A stretch of DNA of 64,000 nt from an uncultured Desulfobacterales bacterium (lineage in GTDB: Bacteria > Desulfobacterota > Desulfobacteria > Desulfobacterales > C00003060), in assembly GCA_964440795.1 (NCBI GenBank), contig CAYTTQ010000001.1:18826-82825 (forward strand), given 5' to 3'. This document shows, one piece after another, positions 1 to 10,606 of this stretch (positions are counted from its first letter, which is position 1; the number at the start of each line of letters is the position of its first letter). The notes beneath the pieces are model-generated. The model ran no database searches. It was not told the DNA's origin and was given only the letters and a program-made list of their open reading frames with translations. The position numbers were made by a program, and so were the translations under genes.

Positions 1-116
1 CAGGAAGCCACTTGGCGGGCCGCCTCTTCAACGGACCCGATGTTCTCCCTGAAGAACCCCGCCGCCACCTCGGTGCTCTCGGCTACCGTGTTGAATATGA
101 CGTCTTTCACCGACTA

Positions 117-1370
117 CTACCCTCCTTGGGCCTTGTTCCGGGCCTCTTCGATCAGTTCCTCACAAGGGTGACCGAGTTCGTGAGCATGAGCCAACGTCGC
201 CGTCGCCTTCTCATAGTCACCCCACTTCATGTACAATTCTCCCAGTCGACGTTGGTAAAGCCCATTGTCGCCGGCGATGGAAACACTCTCCTCAGCCAAA
301 ACAATGGCGATCTCAAGATTCTCTCCCAAAATACCATACACGTGCGCCAGGCTGTTGAGGCTCTTGGCATCCCGCGGCGATGCCTTGATCGCCTTTTCGT
401 AGAATTTTGCAGCGTTATGGAAGTCTGCCTTTGCCACGTAACAATCCGCCAATGCCCGAAAGACACCCGACCCCACGGATATCCTTTCCGCCGCCTCCTC
501 CAGATAGACGATCGCGTTGTCTATTTCCCCCATCTCTTGATAAGACATCCCAATGTGGCCGGCGATATCCGGATTTTGGCCATCCAGCGCACGCGCCCGA
601 AGAAACAGCTCCAGGGCTCTATTGCGTTTCTTTTGTTTCAGATAGGTCAACCCCAGATTGTAAGTAGCCATGACATCTTCGGGGCTTATCGCCACAGCCG
701 TCTCAAAAGCACCGATGGCCTTGTCCAGGTCTCCCTGTACCCCGTAACATACACCCAGACTGTTATACACATTTAGATTCCCGGGGTCTATTCCGGCAGC
801 CGTTTCATATTCGGCGATCGCCCCTTCTACGTCACCGTTTTGATACAGCTTGTCGGCACTGATATTCAAACTGACCGCGTCAAACGGGGTGACTGTACGG
901 GCTCCGAAAAAAGAGGCATGGGTCAGGGCCTTACGGGCATTTTCCAAGATCGTCACCGGCTCAAAAGGACCGAAGGGATATACGGCCAGTCCCACAGAGA
1001 CCGTCTCGTCGGTGACATTTGCATATCGCCGCTGCAAGACCTTGGCGAGATCCACCGCTTCCCCCTCCCGCAGATTGGGGCAAAAGAGACAAAAAACATG
1101 GGCACCCAAACGGCCCCATGTGATCTCCCATGTTCGGTTCAGATCGGCCAAGACCCGGGGAAGCCGGATCAAACGAGGCAAAAAGAGGGTTTCTCCGAAA
1201 TCCTTGAGTTTCTTTTCGAAATCATCGATGGAAACGAGCAACACGGCAAACCGTGGGGTTTGTTGAGCCAGACCCTCAATATGGCGCTCAAAGGCGTCAC
1301 CGGTTAACATCCCCGGAAAGCGAGAATCGAGCACGTCCGCGCCGAAACTATGTCGTTCAGAACTAGACAT
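117..1370 (-). CDS. Degenerate GGDEF-like domain fused to TPR repeats (signalling/scaffold protein)
   Basis: 417-aa ORF. The N-terminal ~170 aa follow the GGDEF fold pattern (AVLLVSIDDFEKK..., ...ENARKALTHASFFGARTV resembling ADxALYxAKxxGRNxV), but the GG[DE]EF position reads LGAHVF. The C-terminal two thirds are repeated ~34-aa TPR-like units (AIAEYETAAGIDPGN, AIGAFETAVAISPED, etc). The start overlaps the selA stop by 8 nt. Confidence 0.7.
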   Translation of the reverse strand: MSSSERHSFGADVLDSRFPGMLTGDAFERHIEGLAQQTPRFAVLLVSIDDFEKKLKDFGETLFLPRLIRLPRVLADLNRTWEITWGRLGAHVFCLFCPNLREGEAVDLAKVLQRRYANVTDETVSVGLAVYPFGPFEPVTILENARKALTHASFFGARTVTPFDAVSLNISADKLYQNGDVEGAIAEYETAAGIDPGNLNVYNSLGVCYGVQGDLDKAIGAFETAVAISPEDVMATYNLGLTYLKQKKRNRALELFLRARALDGQNPDIAGHIGMSYQEMGEIDNAIVYLEEAAERISVGSGVFRALADCYVAKADFHNAAKFYEKAIKASPRDAKSLNSLAHVYGILGENLEIAIVLAEESVSIAGDNGLYQRRLGELYMKWGDYEKATATLAHAHELGHPCEELIEEARNKAQGG

Positions 1371-2778
1371 GCCTCAATATTTCTTTGAGGGTATTGGAAA
1401 TCATGGGGATCTCTTCGGTCTGAACGGTCCGCAAATCGATAATCATCCAATCGTCTTCAATCCGTCCGACCACCGGAGGCGAAGATTTTCTCATGCGACG
1501 TTCCAGTCTGCCGGCGGACAATCCTGCTATTTGGATCCCCACACATTTGGTGGGAAGCTCTTGGAGAGGAAGGGATCCGCCGCCTACGCGGGAAAATCCA
1601 TCAAATAATTCGGCCTTGAGACGGTCTTCACTGATCGCCTTTATTCTATTTCGGAGTCGTTTGGCCTTTTTGGCGATTTCCTGGATAGGCAGTGTCAACA
1701 TCCGTAATGTGGGAATCTGGGACAGGGCTTTGCGTTCATCTCGATACATATGGAGCGTCGCCTCTAAAGCGGCCAAGGTCATCTTGTCAATCCGCAGGGC
1801 CCGGTTCACCGGGTTCTTTTTGATACGCTCGACGACGTCTTTTTTCCCCACAATGATGCCGGCTTGGGGACCACCAAGCATCTTGTCTCCACTGAAAGAA
1901 ACCACGTCGGCACCGGCAGACACCGTTTCCTGTACAGTGGGCTCGTGGATTAGGCCGTGCCGGGAAAGGTCCACAAAGTTCCCGCTTCCCAAGTCCTTCA
2001 TAACCGGCAAATGGTATTTTTTTCCCAGGGCGACCAGTTCCGCCAAAGGGACGTCAGAGGTAAAACCGACTATGGCATAATTGCTGGTGTGAACCTTAAG
2101 GAGCAGCGCCGTTTCCTCACCGATCGCCCGCTCATAGTCCGCGGGGTGAGTCCTGTTGGTGGTACCGACTTCTACCAGTCTGGCATTGCTTCGTGTCATC
2201 ACGTCGGGAATTCGAAAGGACCCTCCGATCTCCACCAGCTCTCCGCGGGAAACAATGACCTCCTTGCCTCTGGCCAGGGTTTCAAGGGTCAAGAAGACGG
2301 CTCCCGCATTGTTGTTTACTACCATTGCCGCCTCGGCACCACTGATCTCACACAAAATGTCCTCGACGGCACTATACCGGGACCCTCTCTTGCCTGTATC
2401 CAGATCGAACTCCAGATTGGAGTACCGAGCGGTAATCCGGTCAACGTGCTTGGCTACCTCAGGCGCCAATAGGGAGCGACCCAGGTTCGTATGTATAACC
2501 ACCCCTGTCGCATTGATGACCCGTGTCAGGTTAAACCCCATCTTCTCTTCCACAGCACTTTTGGTAAGCCGCAACAGTTGGGCATCAGAAAAAAGGGTCT
2601 CATCCATTCCATCAGGAGCACTCAGAATCCGTGACCGCAAATCCTCGATGACATTTCGGATGGATTGCACCACCACGGGCCTGGGAACCGATTTGTCGAA
2701 CTCGCTTCCGTCCCACAGGTCTAGTACATGGTCAACACCGGGAAGCCTGCGAAACAAGGTCTGTTGTTTAGAATCCAA
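1363..2778 (-). CDS. selA: L-seryl-tRNA(Sec) selenium transferase SelA
   Basis: 471 aa with SelA-like length and N-terminus (LPGVDHVL) and the PLP-lysine motif FSGDKMLGGPQAG. The apparent start is TTG with GGGGG 5 nt upstream. Confidence 0.9.
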   Translation of the reverse strand: MDSKQQTLFRRLPGVDHVLDLWDGSEFDKSVPRPVVVQSIRNVIEDLRSRILSAPDGMDETLFSDAQLLRLTKSAVEEKMGFNLTRVINATGVVIHTNLGRSLLAPEVAKHVDRITARYSNLEFDLDTGKRGSRYSAVEDILCEISGAEAAMVVNNNAGAVFLTLETLARGKEVIVSRGELVEIGGSFRIPDVMTRSNARLVEVGTTNRTHPADYERAIGEETALLLKVHTSNYAIVGFTSDVPLAELVALGKKYHLPVMKDLGSGNFVDLSRHGLIHEPTVQETVSAGADVVSFSGDKMLGGPQAGIIVGKKDVVERIKKNPVNRALRIDKMTLAALEATLHMYRDERKALSQIPTLRMLTLPIQEIAKKAKRLRNRIKAISEDRLKAELFDGFSRVGGGSLPLQELPTKCVGIQIAGLSAGRLERRMRKSSPPVVGRIEDDWMIIDLRTVQTEEIPMISNTLKEILRHV

Positions 2779-2818
2779 ACCTGCCCCCTTAACATCTATA
2801 TCTTATCTATCTTTTTGT

Positions 2819-2834
2819 TATTGTTGTAACAATA
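2819..2834. promoter_or_regulatory. Perfect 16-bp palindrome TATTGTTGTAACAATA in the selA upstream region (candidate operator)
   Basis: 7-bp arms TATTGTT/AACAATA around a GT centre, 41 nt upstream of the selA start and between terB-like and selA. Confidence 0.25.
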
Positions 2835-2882
2835 CCACATTCCAGACGAACTTGCCACGTAAAACCCGGATCTGTCTCCAAG

Positions 2883-3347
2883 CTATTTGGCGCCCTTTAG
2901 CACCTTGAGCTTGGCGTCCATGAGTTCTTTGTGGGTCAAACGAAGCAATTTGGCCACTTTGTGGGCTAGATAGTCTTCATACTTGTCGAGCTGATGATCC
3001 TTGTACGCAATTTCCCACACGGTTTCGATAATCTGCAGCTTTTCTTCTCTCGAGTAATTTTCATTGATCCGGTTGGTAAACTGCCACAAGTCGATACTTC
3101 CCTTCAGTTCAAGTTCCGAGGCATCAATGAGGGCCGTGGTATGCTCGTCTGACAGCCCGTAATCCTGTTTGAGGGTAGACACCACATGGGCCTTTTCCGA
3201 TTCACTGAACTCGCCGTCGATATTGGCCATCTCCAGAAAGAGCGCACAGGTGGCCACCCGAATGTCGTGACGAGGCTCATCGTTCTTTTTTGATGGACTC
3301 TGATCCCCCGTGCCTTTGCCGAAAAACTTTTTTATCACATCAATCAT
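2883..3347 (-). CDS. TerB-family (tellurite-resistance-like) protein
   Basis: 154 aa. Paired helical pattern with DGEFSESEKAHV and REEKLQIIETVWEIAYKDHQLDKYEDYL, typical of the TerB/DjlA_N fold as I recall it. Confidence 0.65.
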   Translation of the reverse strand: MIDVIKKFFGKGTGDQSPSKKNDEPRHDIRVATCALFLEMANIDGEFSESEKAHVVSTLKQDYGLSDEHTTALIDASELELKGSIDLWQFTNRINENYSREEKLQIIETVWEIAYKDHQLDKYEDYLAHKVAKLLRLTHKELMDAKLKVLKGAK

Positions 3348-3351
3348 AGGT

Positions 3352-5346
3352 CTACCTAAGCTCCATCTCCAACTGCTTCAACTCGTTTATTCGATCCCTT
3401 AGCCCAACCGCCTCCTCAAAGGCCAGATCTCTTACCGCCTCCTTCATCTCCCGCTCCAGCTTTTGAAGCTTCTTTTCAATATCCTGACGTGATTCAAACT
3501 CTTCCTTGGCTTCCGAAATCACGGGTATATTGACATAATCGGCTTCATAAACCGAGGACAAGAGGTTTGAGATGTCCTTTCGTATCGTCTCCGGTGTAAT
3601 CCCGTGGTCCCGATTGTAAGCCAACTGCACGGCCCGTCGGCGCTCGGTTTCTTCAACGGCCCGTTGTATGGATTGGGTCAACCTATCGGCATAAAGGATT
3701 ACCATGCCGAACACATTTCTAGCAGCCCGCCCGCAGGTTTGTATCAATGAACGCTCGGACCGGAGAAACCCCTCTTTATCCGCATCCAAGATGCCCACCA
3801 GGCTGACTTCAGGCAAGTCCAGCCCCTCTCTCAAAAGATTAATGCCGACCAACACATCAAATGCGCCAAGACGCAGATCCCGGATGATCTCGGTACGTTC
3901 CATGGTGGTAATGTCCGAGTGTAAATATCGAACGCGAATGCCCAAGCCGCTATAGTAATCGGTAAGGTCTTCGGCCATTCGCTTGGTGAGGGTGGTCACC
4001 AAAACCCTTTCATTACGTTCCTCTCTGAGCTTAATTTCTTCGAGAAGATCGTCCACCTGGCTATCCGCAGGCCTGACCACCACTTCCGGGTCGACAAGCC
4101 CTGTGGGACGAATTACTTGTTCCACCACACGCTTGCCCGCCTTTTCAAGTTCATAATCTCCGGGTGTTGCGGAGACATAGATCGCCTGAATCCACTTTTG
4201 GTTAAACTCCTCGAAATTCAGCGGTCGGTTGTCCAAAGCCGACGGAAGCCTGAAACCATAAGCCACCAACGTCTCCTTTCTCGATCGGTCCCCATGGTAC
4301 ATGCCTCGAAGCTGCGGCACGCCGATATGGCTTTCATCGATGAAAAGGATATAGTCGTCAGGAAAATAGGAGAGTAAGGTGGGCGGCGGCTCACCGTGGG
4401 CCCGCCCCGTCAGATGCCTGGAGTAGTTCTCTATGCCATGACAATATCCGAGTTCCTGTATCATTTCCAAGTCAAAATCCGTGCGTTCTTCAATGCGTTG
4501 CGCCTCGATCAACTTCCCCGCTGTTCGGAAATGGGCAATGCGACCTTTCAGTTCTTCCCGAATCGACTTCACGGCATGTTTAAGTGTTATTCTGCTGGCC
4601 ACATAATGACTGGCGGGAAAGATGACCACCCGCTCCAGAGATCGAATCACTTTCCCGGTCAACGGATCAATTTCGGCGATACCCTCGACGATATCATCAA
4701 AAAACTCGATTCGTATGGCCTTGTCATGTTCATAGCTTGGAAATACCTCAACTCGATCTCCTCTGACCCGAAACCCGTCTCGATAAAAATCGTAATCATT
4801 GCGAGTGTATTGCATGGAAACCAGTTTGCTCAACATTGCGTCTCGATCAAGTCTGGCTTGAGTGGTAACCTCCATACACATTTCCAGATAGTCTTCCGGA
4901 GCCCCCAGTCCAAAGATGCATGAAACACTGGCCACCACAATGACGTCCCGCCTCGACAGAACCGATCGGGTGGCGGAATGACGAAGCCGGTCAATCACGT
5001 CGTTTACAGAGGCATCCTTTTCAATGTAGGTATCCGCGGCAGGCAAATAGGCTTCCGGTTGATAATAATCGTAGTAGCTGACAAAATACTCGACGGCGTT
5101 TTCAGGGAAAAGCCCCTTGAACTCGCTATAGAGCTGTGCCGCCAGGGTCTTATTGGGAGCGATAATCAGCGCAGGCCTTTGGACGTTCTGGATGATATGG
5201 GCCATCGTAAAGGTTTTGCCCGAACCGGTGGCACCGAGCAGGACTTGGTGGCCTTTGCCTGCGACGAGACCTTTGCTTAGGTATGTGATGGCATGGGGTT
5301 GATCTCCTCGAGGCTCGAAATCGGACGTTAACTTAAAAATCGACAA
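3352..5346 (-). CDS. uvrB: Excinuclease ABC subunit B
   Basis: 664 aa. N-terminus [17 protein letters not shown], Walker [11 protein letters not shown], helicase motifs, and a C-terminal UVR domain ([15 protein letters not shown]). TTG start. Confidence 0.95.
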   Translation of the reverse strand: MSIFKLTSDFEPRGDQPHAITYLSKGLVAGKGHQVLLGATGSGKTFTMAHIIQNVQRPALIIAPNKTLAAQLYSEFKGLFPENAVEYFVSYYDYYQPEAYLPAADTYIEKDASVNDVIDRLRHSATRSVLSRRDVIVVASVSCIFGLGAPEDYLEMCMEVTTQARLDRDAMLSKLVSMQYTRNDYDFYRDGFRVRGDRVEVFPSYEHDKAIRIEFFDDIVEGIAEIDPLTGKVIRSLERVVIFPASHYVASRITLKHAVKSIREELKGRIAHFRTAGKLIEAQRIEERTDFDLEMIQELGYCHGIENYSRHLTGRAHGEPPPTLLSYFPDDYILFIDESHIGVPQLRGMYHGDRSRKETLVAYGFRLPSALDNRPLNFEEFNQKWIQAIYVSATPGDYELEKAGKRVVEQVIRPTGLVDPEVVVRPADSQVDDLLEEIKLREERNERVLVTTLTKRMAEDLTDYYSGLGIRVRYLHSDITTMERTEIIRDLRLGAFDVLVGINLLREGLDLPEVSLVGILDADKEGFLRSERSLIQTCGRAARNVFGMVILYADRLTQSIQRAVEETERRRAVQLAYNRDHGITPETIRKDISNLLSSVYEADYVNIPVISEAKEEFESRQDIEKKLQKLEREMKEAVRDLAFEEAVGLRDRINELKQLEMELR

Positions 5347-5365
5347 GAGCAGTTTTCCTTTGGCC

Positions 5366-6811
5366 TCAGGAGTGCTTTATTTTCCACGCCGTACCGTCCG
5401 GACGATCCTCAAGAACAATGTTCATCTCCGTCAGCTGGTCACGTATTTGATCCGCCCGCCCCCAGTCCTTATTTCTTCTGGCCTCCACCCGTTGAGCGAT
5501 GAGATCTTCTATGGTGGATTCGTCGATTGCATCGCCTTGTATCCCTGCCGTCCTGGACCGGGCAAAGAATTCAGGCGGCGTTTCAGTACCCACACCCAGC
5601 ACCGCGCCCGCCCTGAGAAAATCAGTGCGGAGTCGACCAAGGGTTTGTATCGGTCCTTGGTCTCCGGAAGCGGTCTTTTCGTCCATCAGGCGATTGGCCT
5701 GTCGGAGGGAATCAAAGAGAAAACCAAGTGCTTGAGCCGTATTGAAATCGTCGTCCATGGCTTCACAAAAGCGGCCCCAAAGGTCCCCCGACGGCCTTGG
5801 ACCCTCGGTATCCTCGACGGGCCCCAGTGTCTGAGACAATCTATCCAACGCCGTGTATATTTTCTCCAAACCCGCCTGGGCTTCCTGCATGGCTTCATGG
5901 GAAAAGTCAAGCGGGCTCCGGTAATGACTGGAAAGGAGAAACAGCCGAATCGCTTCCGGGTGATATTGTTGAACAATATCTTTGATCATCAGAAAGTTTC
6001 CAAGAGACTTGGACATTTTTTCTTTGTTGATTTGCACAAACCCGTTATGGACCCAGAAATTTGCGAACCCTTTTCCGAAGGCACCCTCCGATTGGGCAAT
6101 CTCGTTCTCATGGTGAGGGAACATGAGATCTTTCCCACCCCCGTGAATATCGAAGACTTCCCCCAAGAAATGGATACTCATGGCGGAGCATTCGATATGC
6201 CAGCCCGGCCGACCTCTTCCCCACGGACTATCCCAAGACGGTTCCCCCGGTTTCGCCGCTTTCCATAAGACGAAATCAAAAGGATTTCGCTTCTTTTCAT
6301 TCGGTTCCACCCGCGCACCGGCCACCATGTCTTCCAGATTTCGACCCGAAAGTTTCCCGTAGGCGTCAAATTTTTCTACAGAATAAAAAACATCACCGCC
6401 GGCCTCATAGGCAAGCCCTGCATCAAATAGCCGGGCTATAACCTGAATAATCTCCGAGATATGTCGGGTCGCCCGTGGCTCCTCCGTAGGCAACGCCACT
6501 TTTAGAGCGTCCATGTCCCGATAAAATTCGTCGATGTACTTGTCTGAGAGTGCTTTGGTGGAAACACCCAATTCGTTGGCCCGCTGAATGATCTTATCAT
6601 CAATATCAGTAAAGTTACGCACATAGGTTACTTCGTAACCGATGGCTCGGAAATAGCGGACAATCACATCAAATACCACCACCGAACGGGCATGACCGAT
6701 ATGACAGGAATCATAGACCGTGGGCCCACACACGTAGATCTTGACTCGGTTGGGTTCCACGGGCGTAAACGTTTCTTTCTTTCTTGTCAATGTATTGTAA
6801 ATTTTCAACAT
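5366..6811 (-). CDS. cysS: Cysteine--tRNA ligase
   Basis: HIGHARS and KMSKSLGN class-I signatures. I place the start at the ATG giving [13 protein letters not shown] (6811), 2 nt after the kinase stop, rather than at 6853, which would overlap the kinase by 40 nt. Confidence 0.95.
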   Translation of the reverse strand: MLKIYNTLTRKKETFTPVEPNRVKIYVCGPTVYDSCHIGHARSVVVFDVIVRYFRAIGYEVTYVRNFTDIDDKIIQRANELGVSTKALSDKYIDEFYRDMDALKVALPTEEPRATRHISEIIQVIARLFDAGLAYEAGGDVFYSVEKFDAYGKLSGRNLEDMVAGARVEPNEKKRNPFDFVLWKAAKPGEPSWDSPWGRGRPGWHIECSAMSIHFLGEVFDIHGGGKDLMFPHHENEIAQSEGAFGKGFANFWVHNGFVQINKEKMSKSLGNFLMIKDIVQQYHPEAIRLFLLSSHYRSPLDFSHEAMQEAQAGLEKIYTALDRLSQTLGPVEDTEGPRPSGDLWGRFCEAMDDDFNTAQALGFLFDSLRQANRLMDEKTASGDQGPIQTLGRLRTDFLRAGAVLGVGTETPPEFFARSRTAGIQGDAIDESTIEDLIAQRVEARRNKDWGRADQIRDQLTEMNIVLEDRPDGTAWKIKHS

Positions 6812-6813
6812 GG

Positions 6814-8550
6814 TTACCCGGTTTCTTCGGCTGTTTCGCGTTTCTTGTGCCAATATCTTTTTATTTGAGATCCCATCGGGCCAACCGCCGAGGTGACGGA
6901 CTTTCTAAACTGGTCCGTCATATTTAACGACGTATATTTGACGGAACCGCTTGCCGGGTCGGCTACGGATACCCCCGTATTTGCATCCACCGCCCGCACG
7001 GAAAATGTCGCCGTGCTCATTTCCCGGGTCCTCCCATAATAGTTGAGATTCATGGAACCTGTCTTTTGAACTTCAGCCAAAAGGAGGATCTGCACCCGCT
7101 GTTGCGGCACAAGTTCCCTAATGGAATACCATGTTAGCGGTACATCCCCAAACTGCATTTTTTTTCTAAGCACCGGGATTTCCGATACAGAGGCAACCGG
7201 CAAGCCACTGCCCCCGATAACAGTCTCCAAGTGCGGCTGGACCAATGTCGTCAGGGACTGCTCGCCTGAAATTACCATCAACACGGTAGGCACTTCAGGC
7301 AGTGGCGGGACTTTCTCCGGTTCGGCTTTAGCGACCGCTTGGGTCCCTGCGTGCGGGACCTTTTCCTCTTGCAGCGACGGTGCAGCAGCCCTTTCTTCTT
7401 GGACCGACGGAACCACCTCTTCCGGGCGCTTATCCCCCACCGGAATCTCCGCCTCTGGCCCATCCTCTGAAACGGTTTCGCCTCCTACCGCCACTTCATG
7501 GGAAGCCGCTTCCTGTTCCTGTCTAACTTGGCTCTCAAGCGTGTCCTTCTTGAAACCACCCTCAACCAACCAGACAATCAGCAAAACCGCCAATGCCACG
7601 CCGGCGATGCCCCCCCAAAGTTTCGTCTTGCTTCTCCGCGGTGACGAGGGGGGCGGTGCTTGCCCTCCCTGTTCCTCTGAGACCCCTTTGGGAACCGGTG
7701 TCTCGCCTTTCAAATCGTCCATACACCCATTGATGGCCTCCAACACATCTTCCGGCCGTTGAAACCGCTCGTTGATGTCCTTGGCCATCATTTTGTCAAT
7801 CAGCCGACATACCGCTTCCGGCAGTGCCGTATTCACCTGGCCGATGGGGGTGACCGGTTCCGTGGCGATCTTGGTCACCACGGCAAGAGGGGACTCCCCG
7901 GTGATAGGCGGCTTGCCCGACAACATCCGGTACAATACGGCACCGAGTGCATAGACATCGCTTCTCACATCCAAGGAGCGACCGGCCGCTTGTTCGGGGG
8001 AGGCATATTCCGGTGTCCCCAGAAATAGACCGGTTTGGGTCAATCTGGCACCGGACTCCTGAAAGTGGGCCACGCCAAAATCGGTAACCTTGGCCCTTCC
8101 CATATCGTCCAACATGATGTTGGAAGGCTTTAAATCTCTGTGCACCACTCCTCGCCCGCCGGCTACCGCCAAGGCACCAGCCACTTGCGATGCAATCGAT
8201 AACGCCTTCGCCAAAGGCAACGAGCCCTTTTCTTTGAGCACTTCTCCCAGGTCGCGACCGGGAATATATTCCATGGCAAAATAATGGGAGCCGTATGCTT
8301 CACCGTAAGACAAGATGCCCACGATATTGGGATGGTTCAACGCCGCAATAACCTGTGCCTCCCGTTTAAACCGTTCAATAAATTCCGTATCAGAAGAAAG
8401 CCGATGGGATAAAACCTTCAAGGCGACTTTTCGGTTCAGGGAAAGTTCGTGAGCCTTATACACGACGCCCATGCCCCCACGTCCCAGTTCCTTTTCCAAC
8501 TTGAAGCCACCGAGAACACTTCCTATGCCGATCTCGTTTTCGCCTGTCAT
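6814..8550 (-). CDS. Transmembrane Ser/Thr protein kinase with extracytoplasmic C-terminal domain
   Basis: Hanks motifs GRGGMGVVYKA, HRDLKPSNIM, DFG and SPE. A Pro/Glu-rich linker is followed by a TM helix (LWGGIAGVALAVLLIVWLV) and a ~160-aa C-terminal domain. The start is chosen at ATG 8550, preceded by AAGGAGGG 7 nt upstream. The track ORF extends to 8709. Confidence 0.85.
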   Translation of the reverse strand: MTGENEIGIGSVLGGFKLEKELGRGGMGVVYKAHELSLNRKVALKVLSHRLSSDTEFIERFKREAQVIAALNHPNIVGILSYGEAYGSHYFAMEYIPGRDLGEVLKEKGSLPLAKALSIASQVAGALAVAGGRGVVHRDLKPSNIMLDDMGRAKVTDFGVAHFQESGARLTQTGLFLGTPEYASPEQAAGRSLDVRSDVYALGAVLYRMLSGKPPITGESPLAVVTKIATEPVTPIGQVNTALPEAVCRLIDKMMAKDINERFQRPEDVLEAINGCMDDLKGETPVPKGVSEEQGGQAPPPSSPRRSKTKLWGGIAGVALAVLLIVWLVEGGFKKDTLESQVRQEQEAASHEVAVGGETVSEDGPEAEIPVGDKRPEEVVPSVQEERAAAPSLQEEKVPHAGTQAVAKAEPEKVPPLPEVPTVLMVISGEQSLTTLVQPHLETVIGGSGLPVASVSEIPVLRKKMQFGDVPLTWYSIRELVPQQRVQILLLAEVQKTGSMNLNYYGRTREMSTATFSVRAVDANTGVSVADPASGSVKYTSLNMTDQFRKSVTSAVGPMGSQIKRYWHKKRETAEETG

Positions 8551-8753
8551 GACACGCCCTCCTTTTGTCAAGGCCATTCCGACTGTTTTCAATAATATGG
8601 AAGACATTCCCATTGTCAACAACTTATAATGACTCGGAAAGGTCGCGCCGTCAATCTTAACGCTGTGAGATACCGACGGCGTGGAAGCCAAACATCCGAC
8701 GAGAGGCATGGAAGCGTTATGTGGGAAGAATAAAGGTGGCCGGCGGTACCTGC

Positions 8754-9926
8754 CTACAAACTATCGATGAGGTGCGTCGTCATGGAAACACAGGTACAAA
8801 CCCCTTCCATGAGATTTCTAAATATTGCCGGCAGTTGTTTATATTCCTGTTGGAGCACCTGAGTGTCAACTCGGCTGACCTTCAAATCCTCAGATGCCAC
8901 CACAGCAGCGTTTCGAGGTTCCAGGCCCGCATCAACAAAGGGAATGTTTCCAAAAATATCTCCCGCCTCCAGACATATTAATGGGCGATAGCCATTGCCT
9001 TTTTGTGTCACCAAATAGGCATTTCCTTGATCAATGGCATATCCCCCTTCTTTGGGACTCCCCTGTTTCAGAACCAGTTTCTTTTTTTCCGGCAGTTTCA
9101 AGCCGTTATTTTTGTTCTCGTACAGGGCTGCCGCTCGGTCGGTGATTTTTTGCAATCGCCCGTCCAGACTTACGATCAACGTCTGGAGTTCCTTGGATAA
9201 GGCAATATATTCCTGGTAAAGCCGCTGGGTATCCAACACGCCGACCTGGAGATCTCCTAGCGCGGTTACGGAAACGTTTCTCATATAGTGCCGTTCCACA
9301 AAAGAAATGACGGTCCCGATGAAACACCCCTCTCCAAGCCGGGCCAGATCAAGTGTACCGCCCGGCACCTCACGGGTAACCTGAACCATCCCCTCTAATA
9401 TAACCCAAATCCAGTTGCCGTGCCCCCCTTCGCTGACAATCTTCGTCCCGTCACGAAAACCCTCCTCATCCACAACATACATATAGTCGACAAAGGGACC
9501 TTTGATCACCGGCGGCTCCCGTGTTGTCGTCGGATTGTCACTGTCTCGGAAACCGTCAACGTTTTCCTGGGAAAACGTCCCCCCCACACGCTTGGTGATA
9601 CCGTCATCCAGCATTCGCATGGCATCGAGAACGATTTCCATTCTGCTGTTGGTGATAACAACGGGTCGGGATACCGGCTCCTCGATAAATCGGAAGGACC
9701 CGTCGACCCAGCCGAAGAGACTGTAGATCGCCTCTACGCCGGTCAAGGCCCCTGAGGTTGCATCCACCGGGTTGCCGTCTATGAAATAGATTACGCCGGG
9801 GGCGGGAATGTTTGGATTGGTGAGTTGAAGTGTACCCGTGCTATTGTTTCCGCCGAGTATTTGGAAGCAATCTGAAAGACTTACGAAACTCAGCTCTCCT
9901 GCGAGCACCGATTTTTCCGACATCAT
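8754..9926 (-). CDS. PATAN/DUF4388-like N-terminal domain + cyclic-nucleotide-binding-like domains
   Basis: 390 aa. The N-terminus GELSFVSLSDCFQILGGNNSTGTLQL...GVIYFIDGNPVDA matches the DUF4388 pattern as I recall it. Two CAP/cNMP-type beta-roll-like segments follow (GNWIWVILEGMVQV...LARLGEGCFIG and YLVTQKGNGYRP...EAGDIFGNIPF). Confidence 0.65.
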   Translation of the reverse strand: MMSEKSVLAGELSFVSLSDCFQILGGNNSTGTLQLTNPNIPAPGVIYFIDGNPVDATSGALTGVEAIYSLFGWVDGSFRFIEEPVSRPVVITNSRMEIVLDAMRMLDDGITKRVGGTFSQENVDGFRDSDNPTTTREPPVIKGPFVDYMYVVDEEGFRDGTKIVSEGGHGNWIWVILEGMVQVTREVPGGTLDLARLGEGCFIGTVISFVERHYMRNVSVTALGDLQVGVLDTQRLYQEYIALSKELQTLIVSLDGRLQKITDRAAALYENKNNGLKLPEKKKLVLKQGSPKEGGYAIDQGNAYLVTQKGNGYRPLICLEAGDIFGNIPFVDAGLEPRNAAVVASEDLKVSRVDTQVLQQEYKQLPAIFRNLMEGVCTCVSMTTHLIDSL

Positions 9927-9932
9927 ATCCGC

Positions 9933-10547
9933 TTATTTGGCCCAATTAAGTTCCTTTTGAAGTTGGTGCAACGTCAATTTTAGGCACTGCTTGAGACAAT
10001 CGCCCACGCCTTTGCCTTCCACAGCGCTCGCCGTGAACGACGGAACCCTGAGCTTGCTGTTCAAATCCCGCTCGAGCATCTTCACGGGCAAGAGCGGCAT
10101 CCCGTTGCCTTCCAGATCACGCTTGTTGTATTGAAGCACCAGCGGGACCTTAAAAATGCTCATACTCTGATCCGCCAAATTCTGTTGCAAATCCTTCAAA
10201 GACGCCAAATTGGCCTTTCGGCGAACTTCAAGAGAATCAGCCACAAAGACTACCGCGTCTACCCCTTTGAGAACCATCTTCCGGGTGGACCCGTATTTTA
10301 CTTGTCCGGGAACCGTGTAGAGTTGCACCTTGATATCGCAGCCCCTGATTTTCCCCAACCCCATGGGCAAAAAGTCAAAGAAAAGGGTGCGATCTCCCTT
10401 GGTATCTACAGAAACCATTTCCCCGGTTGCCTGCTTACGAAAGGCCTTAAAAATATACTCAAGGTTCGTGGTCTTACCGCCACGGCCGGGACCATAGTAA
10501 ACAAGCTTACACTCAATTACCCTGTTTTTGGCATTAAAAACCGCCAT
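9933..10547 (-). CDS. MglA-family Ras-like small GTPase
   Basis: IECKLVYYGPGRGGKTTNLEYIF (P-loop). TVPGQ replaces the canonical DxxGQ, which is the MglA hallmark. NKRD forms G4. Start taken at MAVFNAKNRV (10547); the track ORF starts at 10583. Confidence 0.85.
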   Translation of the reverse strand: MAVFNAKNRVIECKLVYYGPGRGGKTTNLEYIFKAFRKQATGEMVSVDTKGDRTLFFDFLPMGLGKIRGCDIKVQLYTVPGQVKYGSTRKMVLKGVDAVVFVADSLEVRRKANLASLKDLQQNLADQSMSIFKVPLVLQYNKRDLEGNGMPLLPVKMLERDLNSKLRVPSFTASAVEGKGVGDCLKQCLKLTLHQLQKELNWAK

Positions 10548-10606
10548 ATCGTTTACCCCGAATCCCCCAGGCTGGATGCACAAAGGGCCTTGGCCTGCCA
10601 GTCTGT

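Noticed and set aside
12-776. 254-aa ORF on the + strand
   Set aside because: It is entirely antisense to the well-supported GGDEF-like/TPR gene (117-1370). Its composition is low-complexity and Arg/Leu-rich, typical of shadow ORFs, and it has no SD.
5360-6268. 302-aa ORF on the + strand
   Set aside because: It is antisense to cysS, whose class I signatures HIGH and KMSKS are unambiguous. It is a shadow ORF.
6812-6853. Longer cysS N-terminus (start at 6853) overlapping the kinase gene by 40 nt
   Set aside because: The extension MAQETRNSRRNRVT is not part of conserved CysRS N-termini. ATG 6811 gives the canonical [10 protein letters not shown] start and sits 2 nt after the kinase stop.
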